Shown: positions 23,751 through 35,715 of the stretch, in pieces
Layout of the letters: each line of letters starts with the position of its first letter
How positions within the stretch are numbered: the first letter of the stretch is position 1
Origin: Octopus bimaculoides
Lineage: Eukaryota
Assembly (NCBI RefSeq): GCF_001194135.2
Contig: NC_068986.1
Coordinates: forward strand, 95,354,426 to 95,396,028
Direction of reading: 5' to 3'
Length of the DNA stretch: 41,603 nt
Made by a program: the position numbers and the translations under genes
Notes under the pieces: model-generated
What the model was told of the DNA's origin: nothing
Database searches by the model: none
Seen by the model: the letters and a program-made list of their open reading frames with translations, nothing else

Positions 23751-24194
23751 AATTGAGCAAATTCCAAGCATGAGGATGCACGTGCATACATAACATACGT
23801 GCATACATAACATACGTAATACATTTATATATATNNNNNNNNNNNNNNNNNNNNNNNNNNNNNNNNNNNNNNNNNNNNNNNNNNNNNNNNNNNNNNNNNN
23901 NNNNNNNNNNNNNNNNNNNNNNNNNNNNNNNNNNNNNNNNNNNNNNNNNNNNNNNNNNNNNNNNNNNNNNNNNNNNNNNNNNNNNNNNNNNNNNNNNNNN
24001 NNNNNNNNNNNNNNNNNNNNNNNNNNNNNNNNNNNNNNNNNNNNNNNNNNNNNNNNNNNNNNNNNNNNNNNNNNNNNNNNNNNNNNNNNNNNNNNNNNNN
24101 NNNNNNNNNNNNNNNNNNNNNNNNNNNNNNNNNNNNNNNNNNNNNNNNNNNNNNNNNNNNNNNNNNNNNNNNNNNNNNNNNNNNNNNNNNNNNN

Positions 24195-24574
24195 TGTGTG
24201 TGTGTGTATATATATATATGTTTTGTTTTACTTGTTTCAGCCATTTGACTGCGGCCATGCCCGAGAACATGCATATACACACACACACACACACACACGC
24301 ACACAAACACACACACATACACGTACGCACACATTCGCACACACACACATATATTATATAGAGACAGGCAGACAGAGATATATACATGCATTTATATATA
24401 TCTATAGATAAATAGACAGACAGGCAGACAGACAGACAGACAGACAGACAGACACAGACAAGCAGGCAGACAGTCAGGCAGATAGTTAGATACATACATA
24501 CATACATAAATACATACATACATACATACATACATGCATATATATATATATATATGGGATGATGTGGATGGCAA

Positions 24575-24639
<65 letters not shown>

Positions 24640-24645
24640 AACAGA
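24195..24645. repeat. Compound microsatellites (TG, CA, GACA, CATA, GA) with a reverse SINE tail at 24225-24262
   Basis: Directly visible. ttttacttgtttcagccatttgactgcggccatgc is the reverse complement of the tail at 12998-13030. Confidence 0.9.
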
Positions 24646-24964
24646 AAGAGAAAGAGAAAAGGAGAATTGATGATACAGTAACTACCATAAAATAGAAGTT
24701 TCATTAAAATGATTGAAAAAGAGTAATCGATAACTCTGTTTTAATTTTGTTTATTTATTTACATCTGTGTTGATACATTAAAAATATTTAACTATACAAC
24801 ATAACTTTTAGATTTATTAGTCTATTTCGGACTGTTTGGGGTTATTTTGGAATATTTTAGACTTTTTTCACTATTTGAACTGTTGTAAATTTTTAATGTG
24901 TGTGTGTATATACGTGTGTGCGTACATGGACACATACTTTTATTAGTTTCAGCCAGAGGCTGTA

Positions 24965-25118
24965 GTCTATATATACATACATACATACATACATACATAC
25001 ATACATACATACATACATGCATGCATCTACACACATATATTCTCATACATATATATACATATATACATATATACATGTATATATATGTAAATGTGTATAT
25101 AAACAATATATACACACA

Positions 25119-25151
<33 letters not shown>

Positions 25152-25165
25152 TATANNNNNNNNNN

Positions 25166-25205
<40 letters not shown>

Positions 25206-25293
25206 TATATATACTTATACATGTATACGTTTATATATAGAACTATGTTCATATACACATGTAAATATATTATACATGTAATATATAATATAC

Positions 25294-25334
<41 letters not shown>

Positions 25335-25375
25335 ATATATATTATACATATAATATATTACATTTATATATAATG
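24965..25375. repeat. (CATA)n/(TA)n block
   Basis: Directly visible. Confidence 0.95.
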
Positions 25376-26269
25376 AGAGAGAAAGAGAAATTAACGCCAA
25401 TATATGACATGTAGAATATTTTTTTTCTGTTATACAATAATATTTATGTAGTAATTCCGAAAGCTATATATATATAACTGCTTTACCAGTCGAGTTGTTA
25501 CACTTCCTCTTGTGTTGCATTGGACGCTGCAATATAAAAGAGGGCTTGTGTTCGAACCCTTTTATTCTACGATTTCTTTTCTATGCAAGATCGTGTTCCT
25601 GTCAACAGCTGCAGCGAAACTATTCAGTTTTTACGTTATACAAGGGATGTGACTGTTGAGCGCAATCACATAAATATCGGGTGAAACTACGAAAATAGTG
25701 ATTCAGTGATTATAGAAATGGTGCAGCGTAAAAAAGAGAACAACTTTGTTTTGAATAGGAAACTGATGTTAATGCGCATGGATGTGTGTATTTGTGTGTG
25801 TGTGCGTGTGTGTATGTGTAATTATGTATTTGTATATATATCACCACGCGTATTTGCATACATCTATATAAAAATATGTGTGTGTGTATGTATGATGGAA
25901 GTATATCTGTACACACACACAGACAAACACACACACACACACACATACATATATATACATATTACACATATATACATATAGTTATATATATAGGTATATG
26001 TATATATGTACATATACATATACAGAGATAGATGCTTCAGTAAGCAAATAGATAGACATACAGACAGGTTATATCTATATACAGTCAACCCTGTGAGAAT
26101 GTTTCTACACCATTCCTCGTCCTCCTATGAATAGAGGCCAAAATCTAATTCGAATCTAGAAACTTATTCCCGATGATGTAGTCGCTCTTACTCATCTTTA
26201 GTCCTCTATATTGGTAAAGTGAAGGTTCCACCAACCATATAACCCAATTGGTAGACGTTAATACGTACT

Positions 26270-26540
26270 TGACGACATTCTAGATGCCAAGTGACCGACC
26301 TTCATCCTTCCTTGATATTGCATTTGTAGCTCTGTCAAGGAAACCGGCTGAGGATAAACGTGCGTCACAAACGGAAGTCACATCTGCTCGACTTCCAGAA
26401 ATCTTTGCGCGTCTGAGCAGCAACAGCCATGACAGATCGACTCCTCCTTCCAGAAGCGCTGACTGCAGATGGAACGCCTGTCGAGTAGAGAGTGTCCCTT
26501 CTGTAACAAGTGAAAGAGCAGATTTCCCAATCTGATCAGA
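26270..26540. other. GC-rich unique island, possible coding exon (strand unresolved)
   Basis: About 48% GC in AT-rich DNA. An 83-aa ORF on + (26284-26535) and an ~80-codon open frame on - with acceptor ttttgccccttctgatcag| and donor-like GAAG|gtcggt. No recognisable protein. Confidence 0.3.
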
Positions 26541-27939
26541 AGGGGCAAAATAATATCATCTGAACTTTTATCTAATTTGTATCATTAAATATAGTGGCTG
26601 TATGTGTATACATATATGCACATACACATATACACTCACGCACACACGCGCACACGTATATAAATTTCAAATTTTGAACTTGTTTGCTGTGTGATCAACT
26701 GGCTTATCTACAAGCATTTATTTGTGAACCCTAAAGTACACCAAAAAACAACTTTCTATGCAAAACAATATGTTCTGACCTAAATTTTCTACATTTATTT
26801 ACATCATAGCTTTCACGCCTGACTGAACCCTAAACAATAACAAAATTCCCACAAAAACCAAAAGAAAAACCCTCAACATAACTTTCGATCAGCATTCACC
26901 TTACAAACATATATTTTTTTCCTATTCCCCTCTATACCCTCTCAGTACAAAATACTTTCCCAGTCTACATACACCATACTTAATTATCATGCACATACTT
27001 CTGCTAATCCCACAATTAACAGCTGGCCGAAAACTATATAAAGCTAAAATAAGACTCAAATGAAACACAGTCTGACGAAGGTGAGCAAACTGAAACTTTG
27101 AAGTTACCATCAACATTTTCCTTGTAAAAGTTAATAATACGTATTCTGATATTGGATAATCCTTCAGTTTAATGTTAAATTCTTTTTATTTGCTTTTATA
27201 TATAGTTTCGCATAAAGTCAAATACACACGCACTCACATTTAGGAGTTCAATTCAAGAAAAGCTTATTCAAAGCATATCGCGAAATTTTTATTTGTGTAA
27301 GGCTGACGGTTCATTCCACAGCTACTCAGAGTATTGCAAATATTCCAAAACTTTTCGATTACTGTTTTCGACCAATGTAACTCTCTGTCCATGTGTTTTC
27401 GACCAATGTGTATTTCGACGAATATGTTGTGTATTTCGATGTGTATTTCAATGAATATTCCCAGCTCTCTTTGATTTGATATTTTCCCTGTTATGACATA
27501 AGCTGTTACCAACAACGAATTGCAGCTTACACACATCATTCTTAATTTAGAACATTCTTGTAAAATCTGAAATTATCGTAAGATACGCACGGTTTATTTT
27601 CATTTCCATTGTACACATAACCGAGTATATTACATCTTTGCACGAAAAGCAAGAGATATAATTAACCTAAATACATTGTTCTCCGTGTTGAGTTTAATAC
27701 AGGTGTTTACATATATTTATACAAACTTGTTTTGACTAACAAAATTTCAAATGAATATAGTCATTTTTTTAAAGATTCACGTTCCATGCATTGATCGGCC
27801 TGACACTGTACCTAGTTCAGTTGCAAAATTCCTAATTTAAAGTAATCTAAATTAAAACCTTTGAACAAAAGCTTTCTTTAAAATTTTAAGTGAACTTAAA
27901 ATTTTAAGGCAAGTACTTAAGATACATAAGATATTCTTT

Positions 27940-28315
27940 CTACTATAGACCAAAGCCTGAAATTTGGCGGGGAGGGTGCTAGTCGAGTGCATCGACCCAG
28001 TACTCGACTGGTACTTATTTTATCGACCTCAAAAAGATAAAAAACAAAGTCTACTGCAGTAGAATTTAAACTCGGAACGTACTGAGTCGGAAAACACTAG
28101 TCTAATAATCCTTTACACTATAGACACATGACCTGAAATTTTGTGGGAGAGACGTAGTCGATTACATAGACCCCAGTGGTCGACATGTACGCATTTTATT
28201 GACCCCAAAAATACGAAAGGCAAAATCCACCTCTGTGGGATTTGAACGCAGAAAGGACAAAATGCTGCTTAGTATTTTATCCTGTGTACTAACGATTTTG
28301 CAAGTTCGTCACCCA
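27940..28315 (-). mobile_element. Two tandem degenerate Deu/Nin-like SINEs (27940-28080 and 28115-28315)
   Basis: Each has cctgaaattt...gtcga...gaccc(c)ag...tac...attttat(c/t)gacc...aaagg/aaaaac...aatttaaactc/atttgaacgc, matching 13905-14005. Confidence 0.75.
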
Positions 28316-28864
28316 ACGTTAGTTTAGTAATGACTGTTATTTTACTAAACTTCTCATTATTCTGGGAATAAATTTAAATGAAAGCAGTGCTTTTACTTAC
28401 AAATATGGTAATAAAGTGTTAAAACAACTTACTAAATCTAAGATCGTATTTGTCTGAATAAAAAAACCTACGGTTCTTTTAAAATTTACTTGCTCTGGTT
28501 ATATATACTTTATGATTTACGTACTTTCCTAATAATTTCCCCCTAAGTATAAGTCGCTTTCCAAAGCTAACAACTTAAAATTTTTCCTCAAAATTTCACA
28601 CATCCAATAATAGAAAGACAATTTATTACTTATATTTTTCACCTGATGTTGGTCCAAAATTTTATTTCCTTTTAAAGTTGTCAACCAAAATAAATTTCTT
28701 TGTAATCTAATACTACCGTCGAAAGTCAGATAAAAATGGTTAATGTTTATTGTCAATGGTACAATTATTCAACGGCCAAGTGGTGGAGGAGTCACTCTGT
28801 TTGCAACCCAATGAACTTTGGGAACCCACAGAAAGCTTGATAACAACGATATATTCAAATATAT

Positions 28865-29910
28865 TTTTAACAGAAAATTTCTCAGTGCTGAAAATATTTT
28901 TTCTCCTGTTCAGTGACTTTGGTTCTTGAGATGGAATATAACCGTTTTACAGTAAGCATAACAAACACGTTGTCACATTGCTAAAAGGAAATGCAGTACT
29001 TGATACGCTAGGTTCTATAGGGTTGTTTTCACCTCCACTGTTTTCACTTTCCAAACGTACTGTGATAGATAGGTCTGTTAGTTCTAACTCAGAAGGTAAA
29101 GAGTATTTATGCGCTACTTACATCTATTCTTAAAAGTATCCTCTGTGAGCCCTATATAGTTTGTCTTTATATCATCTTGAATTACAGTATATAACCGACT
29201 TAACCTATATAGTGAAAAACTGTAGATGGATCTACAATTAAAAGTTTACCTTCAGAATAGGGGCTAAAAGTGTAGAGCATGATAACCAGTGCTTTTTGGT
29301 TGCGTTTTGTGATTTTTTGTAAGATCAGTGATTTCTGTAGTCATGTGTAGCGTCATATTTAGAAAACTGATGTTTCTAAGTGAACATCAAGTTATACTTT
29401 TTAAATAATCTTTGGAGACTTTATATTATTCCATCTCTTTGAGGTATCACATACAAGATTGCTCTTATTTATCCAGCGGGAATCACTGTAAAATGGTAGC
29501 AAGTTTCTGAGGGTCATATAATACTGATATCCAACCCGTTGATGAGGATGTATTTTCTGAAATACCAAGGCTCTAAGGAGAATAGTTTTAGGTATAGAGA
29601 AGTAGCATTCAGCAATATCGAATTCGATAAATCTGTAGTTTCTTTATCATCTATATTCTAAAACAACTTGATTGATGTTACATTCTAATTCTCCTGACCT
29701 AATGTGGTCCAGTTTATAATTTTAAAAGCCGATTATTCGTTCTCTAACCTAGCCCAATTCATTTTCGATGTTTATTCATTTGCATTTAGCGTAGAATTGG
29801 AAATTTTCTTTGTAACATTTAAGGATGATGTGGGGAAGGCCATTTTGGCATACATTCCACGTGGTCTTCAATCTTTAGTGCCTTTGCCTTTGTTTATAAT
29901 GTTGTAGCAA
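28865..29910 (-). mobile_element. Penelope-like element, internally deleted and pseudogenised (RT N-terminal half, RT end, GIY-YIG endonuclease)
   Basis: AKALKIEDHVECM...ILKCYKENF...KCK*IN..NELG*V; YRFIEFDIAECYFSI...LLPFYSDSRWINK (29440-29640); ISFLNMTL; YIGLTEDTFKNR...YLSQYVWKVK (29050-29160); PFSNVTTCLLCL...SLNRRK. All match conserved PLE blocks. Confidence 0.82.
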
Positions 29911-29969
29911 TTGCAGTTTGTCTTCTATGTTTTGGTAATGCTATCTGATGCAAACTTACTGCGTTACGT

Positions 29970-30478
29970 TAATTTGTTTATACATATTGAACGATATTGC
30001 CACACAGATAATACAACATAACCGGAAATACTTAACCAGCCAACCTCTAACTCAAGATCAAACTTGTAGTTTTAAATCTGTCCAGAACTGTGCACTAAAT
30101 GGAGCATGTCTTCATAAGTCGGTAATATACTTCACCACTATAACACCAGAAGACGACAGCCGTACAAGCTCACAAAGCATACCTTCATGAACAGATTCAA
30201 GTAGCACACATACTATATTTAGCTATGGAACCATCAATACTTTCCTATTGTTTTTTGTTTGAGCACTGAAGCTTAAAATCATGCTTATAGATTGGCACAT
30301 ACTAGATACCGCATCCCCGGACACTAATAGATCAAAAATATATACATTATACAACTCGAAAACGTTTTACGACGTCATCCAAAAACCACGATCTTTGAAC
30401 AGAAGGGTCAACATTTTGTGTCATTGTAAATTCGAAACTACTTTTTTGTTTAAGAAATTTCGAAAATCATGGCATTGA
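29970..30478 (+). mobile_element. Penelope-like GIY-YIG 3' fragment, inverted relative to the neighbouring copy
   Basis: ORF 29948-30190 gives IIQHNRKYL...TCSFKSVQNCALNGACLHKSVIYFTTIT. Then LTKHTFMNRFK. ORF 30281-30478 gives IDWHILDTASP...SLNRRVNILCHCKFETTFL (compare WEII..A.PY...LNKRSE.ISKCRH). Confidence 0.8.
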
Positions 30479-30629
30479 ATTGGTATGTACTGAAATATGG
30501 GAAAGAAGTTATATAAGCTATTTTATGACAGTAAAAGCAAAATCAATAATTCTAAAAACTGTTTGTTACATGAATTTAAACATTGTCCCGGGCACCTTAT
30601 CAAATGAAAAAGACATCACAATATTTATT

Positions 30630-30770
30630 GTATTATAATTACATTTATGTTATTCTAATTATATTTATTTTCTTATAATTACATTTATTTTCTTATAATT
30701 ACCATTATTAATTACATTGTATTTATTTTCTTATAATTATAAGAAAACATTTATTGTCTTATAAAAATAG
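30630..30770. repeat. AT-rich ~20-bp minisatellite containing a perfect 22-bp palindrome
   Basis: Repeats of atttattttcttataattac; palindrome ttttcttataattataagaaaa at 30726-30747. Confidence 0.75.
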
Positions 30771-31077
30771 ATAGTCAGAAAATACACGAAAGATATATTT
30801 CATTTTATAATTTATTATCATTTTGTAATTACTAATTACATTTTTAAAAGATTAACACGGTTTTCCTTATTCTTTAGAGAGTGTTTTTCGATTAATTTGG
30901 CATCGATTAATATATTTTCAATCAATTTATCTTCAACAAATTAATATTTGAAAGATATATTTTCACTGAACATCCCTAATCTCAGTCAAACATCCTCTAA
31001 ATGATACATAGGATACCAAATTAAACTATTTGAAAAATTATTTATTATCAAATAAGCCACATAATTGTCTCTAATTT

Positions 31078-31250
31078 GAGTACAAGACCAGCGGGGTTTG
31101 AGTGAAAAGGAAGAGTCGATTTCATCTACTCCACCACATGACTGATACAATCGACCCAAAAGGATGAAAGGCAAAATTGACCTTGGTGGTATTTGAACTC
31201 AGAACTTAAAACCTCAGAAGTAAAGCAAAGCATTTTTTCCATGACACTAA
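31078..31250 (-). mobile_element. Deu/Nin-like SINE
   Basis: atcgacccaaaaggatgaaaggcaaaattgaccttggtggtatttgaactcagaac closely matches 13952-14008. Confidence 0.85.
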
Positions 31251-31255
31251 CTAGT

Positions 31256-31460
31256 GTGAAGGTGCGTAGCCTAGTTGTTAGAGTGTTGCACGCATGATCA
31301 CAAGATCCAGATGTTGCGTTGTGTTCTTGAACAAAACACTTGATTAGACGTTACTCTAATTCAGTCGTAAATGATTAACTCTGTAACATATTAGTGTCCA
31401 TTTCAGAGGAAATATGATCTAGGTCACTTACACGCCATGGAAATCGGGTAACCGGACAAA
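31256..31460 (+). mobile_element. tRNA-derived SINE (family of 13591-13805)
   Basis: gtgaaggtgcgtagcctagttgttagag...gttgtgttcttgaacaaaacactt...ggaaatcgggtaaccgg. Confidence 0.75.
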
Positions 31461-31943
31461 TGGATCCTGTGACCTGAAAAAAAAGCAGAAACAGAAGAAG
31501 GTTACTAATTAGGCTAATTAGATTGACAAAGTACATCATAAAGTCTTAAGCAAGTTTTGCTATACATTGGGACAAAATAATAAATGACGTCGAATAATCG
31601 GAAATAATTATTGGATGTTACCTAAATAATTAGCTTAATAAGAGGTGATTCAAAACCATTTGTGAAAAAAAGTTAATTACACAAATATAAGCTTAATAAA
31701 GCTTTACAAATTGATGGTTTACTGGTGATTTATGGATAGTTGATTTAAAAATTAAGTGAAAATAGTGACTAATGGATCGAGAAGTAAGTCAAAATTCTGT
31801 CAAGTAAATAAGAGTAAAATTCATTTAAGAGTACATTATTTGCATCGATCTCGAGACTAATGTACACGAAAACTCTGTGAATGCCATGAGCATAGATCAT
31901 TCCTACAAACCAATCTAATTAATATAGAGAGAGAAGAGAGAAG

Positions 31944-31982
<39 letters not shown>

Positions 31983-32928
31983 AAATAGACGACGAAAATG
32001 TTCAACTATGAAAGGCAGAAGAATACTTTATAAGAATTCTAAATCCGAAGTAAACCGAAAATAGCCAACACTCCATATAATAAACAATTGNNNNNNNNNN
32101 NNNNNNNNNNNNNNNNNNNNNNNNNNNNNNNNNNNNNNNNNNNNNNNNNNNNNNNNNNNNNNNNNNNNNNNNNNNNNNNNNNNNNNNNNNNNNNNNNNNN
32201 NNNNNNNNNNNNNNNNNNNNNNNNNNNNNNNNNNNNNNNNNNNNNNNNNNNNNNNNNNNNNNNNNNNNNNNNNNNNNNNNNNNNNNNNNNNNNNNNNNNN
32301 NNNNNNNNNNNNNNNNNNNNNNNNNNNNNNNNNNNNNNNNNNNNNNNNNNNNNNNNNNNNNNNNNNNNNNNNNNNNNNNNNNNNNNNNNNNNNNNNNNNN
32401 NNNNNNNNNNNNNNNNNNNNNNNNNNNNNNNNNNNNNNNNNNNNNNNNNNNNNNNNNNNNNNNNNNNNNNNNNNNNNNNNNNNNNNNNNNNNNNNNNNNN
32501 NNNNNNNNNNNNNNNNNNNNNNNNNNNNNNNNNNNNNNNNNNNNNNNNNNNNNNNNNNNNNNNNNNNNNNNNNNNNNNNNNNNNNNNNNNNNNNNNNNNN
32601 NNNNNNNNNNNNNNNNNNNNNNNNNNNNNNNNNNNNNNNNNNNNNNNNNNNNNNNNNNNNNNNNNNNNNNNNNNNNNNNNNNNNNNNNNNNNNNNNNNNN
32701 NNNNNNNNNNNNNNNNNNNNNNNNNNNNNNNNNNNNNNNNNNNNNNNNNNNNNNNNNNNNNNNNNNNNNNNNNNNNNNNNNNNNNNNNNNNNNNNNNNNN
32801 NNNNNNNNNNNNNNNNNNNNNNNNNNNNNNNNNNNNNNNNNNNNNNNNNNNNNNNNNNNNNNNNNNNNNNNNNNNNNNNNNNNNNNNNNNNNNNNNNNNN
32901 NNNNNNNNNNNNNNNNNNNNNNNNNNNA

Positions 32929-33235
32929 TATAAAGGGTGTTTCAAAAAATTTGATATCATTTGAAATGTGAATATCACAGAAACTACATAGTCAAAGCAA
33001 ATGAAACTAAACACGCTTAATGTTGAGCAACGTAAGATTTATTCCTCTAAATTTGAATGAGAAATTCAAAGGTATGTGGATTCCATTAAAAATTTTACTT
33101 CAATATGCGTACCGCCTGAGACACGGTACACATGAAGTCGGTAGTCCAGCTCCTGCCAAACACACTGCAGCATGTTTTGTGTAACAGTCTCCAGTGCGGT
33201 AGTGATTCTTTGCTCGAGTTCCTCTAGGTTTCCTC
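32929..33235 (-). mobile_element. Tc1/mariner-superfamily transposon 3' end (transposase C-terminus and TIR)
   Basis: Minus strand LEELEQRITTALETVTQNMLQCVWQELDYRLHVYRVSGGTHIE, the typical L..L..RI......V...ML..VW.EL.YRL.......G.HIE terminus. It ends in a TIR-like ta-taaagggtgtttcaaaa at 32929-32950. Confidence 0.8.
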
Positions 33236-33404
33236 ATAGTTTATTTGCTTTCCACGGCTGTTTCATTCGGAATAAGCACAATTAATTCTATAATTATGGT
33301 CTGCTGCTCTACTGCTTGGAGCCCGGTTCCTCATCAATGTCTCAGATAATGTTATGAAGAGAAATCTAAACGAAATGCATACACCTTGAACCATAACTTC
33401 GGGT

Positions 33405-33480
33405 TACCGTATTTGATGGCATTTAAGATGCACATTTTCCCAAAAACAATGTCTCAAAAAGTACCCTGAGTTCTATATGC
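33405..33480 (+). mobile_element. Possible Tc2/pogo-type TIR fragment
   Basis: ta-ccgtatttgatggcatttaagatgcac resembles the CCGTATTT...TATAAGACGCAC termini of Tc2-type elements. No partner TIR found. Confidence 0.35.
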
Positions 33481-33998
33481 AAAATTAGGGCCTCCCACAC
33501 ACTTTGAAGCACTCATGTCTTACATCTTTTATGCTATCAAATAGAGTAACTAAAACCTTGTCAATAAAATCCGTTAGCTCAAACTACACAAATTTCAACT
33601 CTGAGTTTCATGTTTTACCCATTCTCAAGCAATGAAAAAAAAATCAAATCCTCTTATATTTATATACGAAAGAAAAAACATTTATTACAAATGTCAACAG
33701 CAAGAAGCTTGTTCGTTTAGTTGGAGCGTATAAACAATATTATACATCACCTGTCAGACGTTAACTCCGCAAGACTTCATGAAATATTTCAGTGAAAATT
33801 TCCGAATTATAGTGACAAAAACCTTGAATGTAAAATGTACGTTAAGAGAAGATTTTTTTTTCAGTTATTTATTTAGAACGTACAATACTATGGTACGAGG
33901 CTGTCTAGTGTTCAACTGCTAGGCATTTTAAGATATTTCAACAAATATTTCGAATTATGGCGTCAAAAGATATTAACTCTGAAAGTGCTTTTTATCGT

Positions 33999-34041
<43 letters not shown>

Positions 34042-35715
34042 NNNNNNNNNNNNNNNNNNNNNNNNNNNNNNNNNNNNNNNNNNNNNNNNNNNNNNNNNNN
34101 NNNNNNNNNNNNNNNNNNNNNNNNNNNNNNNNNNNNNNNNNNNNNNNNNNNNNNNNNNNNNNNNNNNNNNNNNNNNNNNNNNNNNNNNNNNNNNNNNNNN
34201 NNNNNNNNNNNNNNNNNNNNNNNNNNNNNNNNNNNNNNNNNNNNNNNNNNNNNNNNNNNNNNNNNNNNNNNNNNNNNNNNNNNNNNNNNNNNNNNNNNNN
34301 NNNNNNNNNNNNNNNNNNNNNNNNNNNNNNNNNNNNNNNNNNNNNNNNNNNNNNNNNNNNNNNNNNNNNNNNNNNNNNNNNNNNNNNNNNNNNNNNNNNN
34401 NNNNNNNNNNNNNNNNNNNNNNNNNNNNNNNNNNNNNNNNNNNNNNNNNNNNNNNNNNNNNNNNNNNNNNNNNNNNNNNNNNNNNNNNNNNNNNNNNNNN
34501 NNNNNNNNNNNNNNNNNNNNNNNNNNNNNNNNNNNNNNNNNNNNNNNNNNNNNNNNNNNNNNNNNNNNNNNNNNNNNNNNNNNNNNNNNNNNNNNNNNNN
34601 NNNNNNNNNNNNNNNNNNNNNNNNNNNNNNNNNNNNNNNNNNNNNNNNNNNNNNNNNNNNNNNNNNNNNNNNNNNNNNNNNNNNNNNNNNNNNNNNNATA
34701 TATATATATATATATATATATATAGCCACTGTCTTATTCTTAGTGAACAAGTATTACGTCTCTTTATTTAAATGTCTGTATATCTTTATCTCTCTATGTA
34801 TATTTCTATTTGCTTTATATCTTGGAGCAGAGGTCCTTGTTTTCTTTTTTCTGTATTGTTCCATTACTTCAATTTTCGCTCGAGATTAGCATTCAGTTGA
34901 TGAGGGGACAATATGGTGGTAAATCTTCCAGACAGAAATGGTAGCTACACACATGACATACTACTATGTTAGAAAGATTAAGGAAGCACTGAATAATGTG
35001 GCCACATTACACTACCTGAAATATAAAAGAGGTGTAGGTCATTCTGGAATATCTTTGATGAGAGATGTTCTTGACAAGGCTGACATAAGACTAAACAACT
35101 GAAACAACAACCGGAAAGAAACATTCGAAAGTATCCTAACAGAATTATTGTTAGAGTTCGGTGTCATGATAAGGACAGGTGTTGTACACTTCTTGTTTGT
35201 TTGCGTCAAATTATATTTGATCATTATAATTTTCCAAGTGAAATTTGGTTTTGTGACAACATTTCTTTTGCTTAAGATATCGGTTTTTAGGATTACTATT
35301 AGCAATGTTTCCGCTATGCAAAGTTAGTATTATTTTGGTCCTTATGTGTGAGACGTGGTATGTACGATGCTTGACCAATAGATTTCAAATCAGTTCAAAT
35401 CAGACAACTTTCTATCCCACATTTCAGACCAGCTTTCTTCAAATATTTAGAACTCAATAATACAAGCACTAACTACGGGATACAATACATAAAACATTGC
35501 CCCAGATTTACCTCTGCTTGCAACGGTTCAAATAAACAAAATAACAAAAAACAAGCAAGGTGAAACAAAGGTTGAACGAACAAGGTTGAAACAATGCTTT
35601 TATCCTGCCGGTGTATATTTGTATATTTTGTCTTCTTTTCACATGTTTCCGATATTCAAACCAGATTGGCGACTGAAACCTGTGGATAAATGAACTACAT
35701 TTACACTATATAAAT

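Noticed and set aside
25560-25690. Plus-strand exon-like units with good acceptors here, at 21179 and at 41226
   Set aside because: Weak donors and no recognisable peptides; not distinguishable from background without RNA data.
34930-35095. Peptide YYVRKIKEALNNV... faintly like a Penelope GIY-YIG C-terminus
   Set aside because: Only the RKIKEAL motif matches, which is too little to call.
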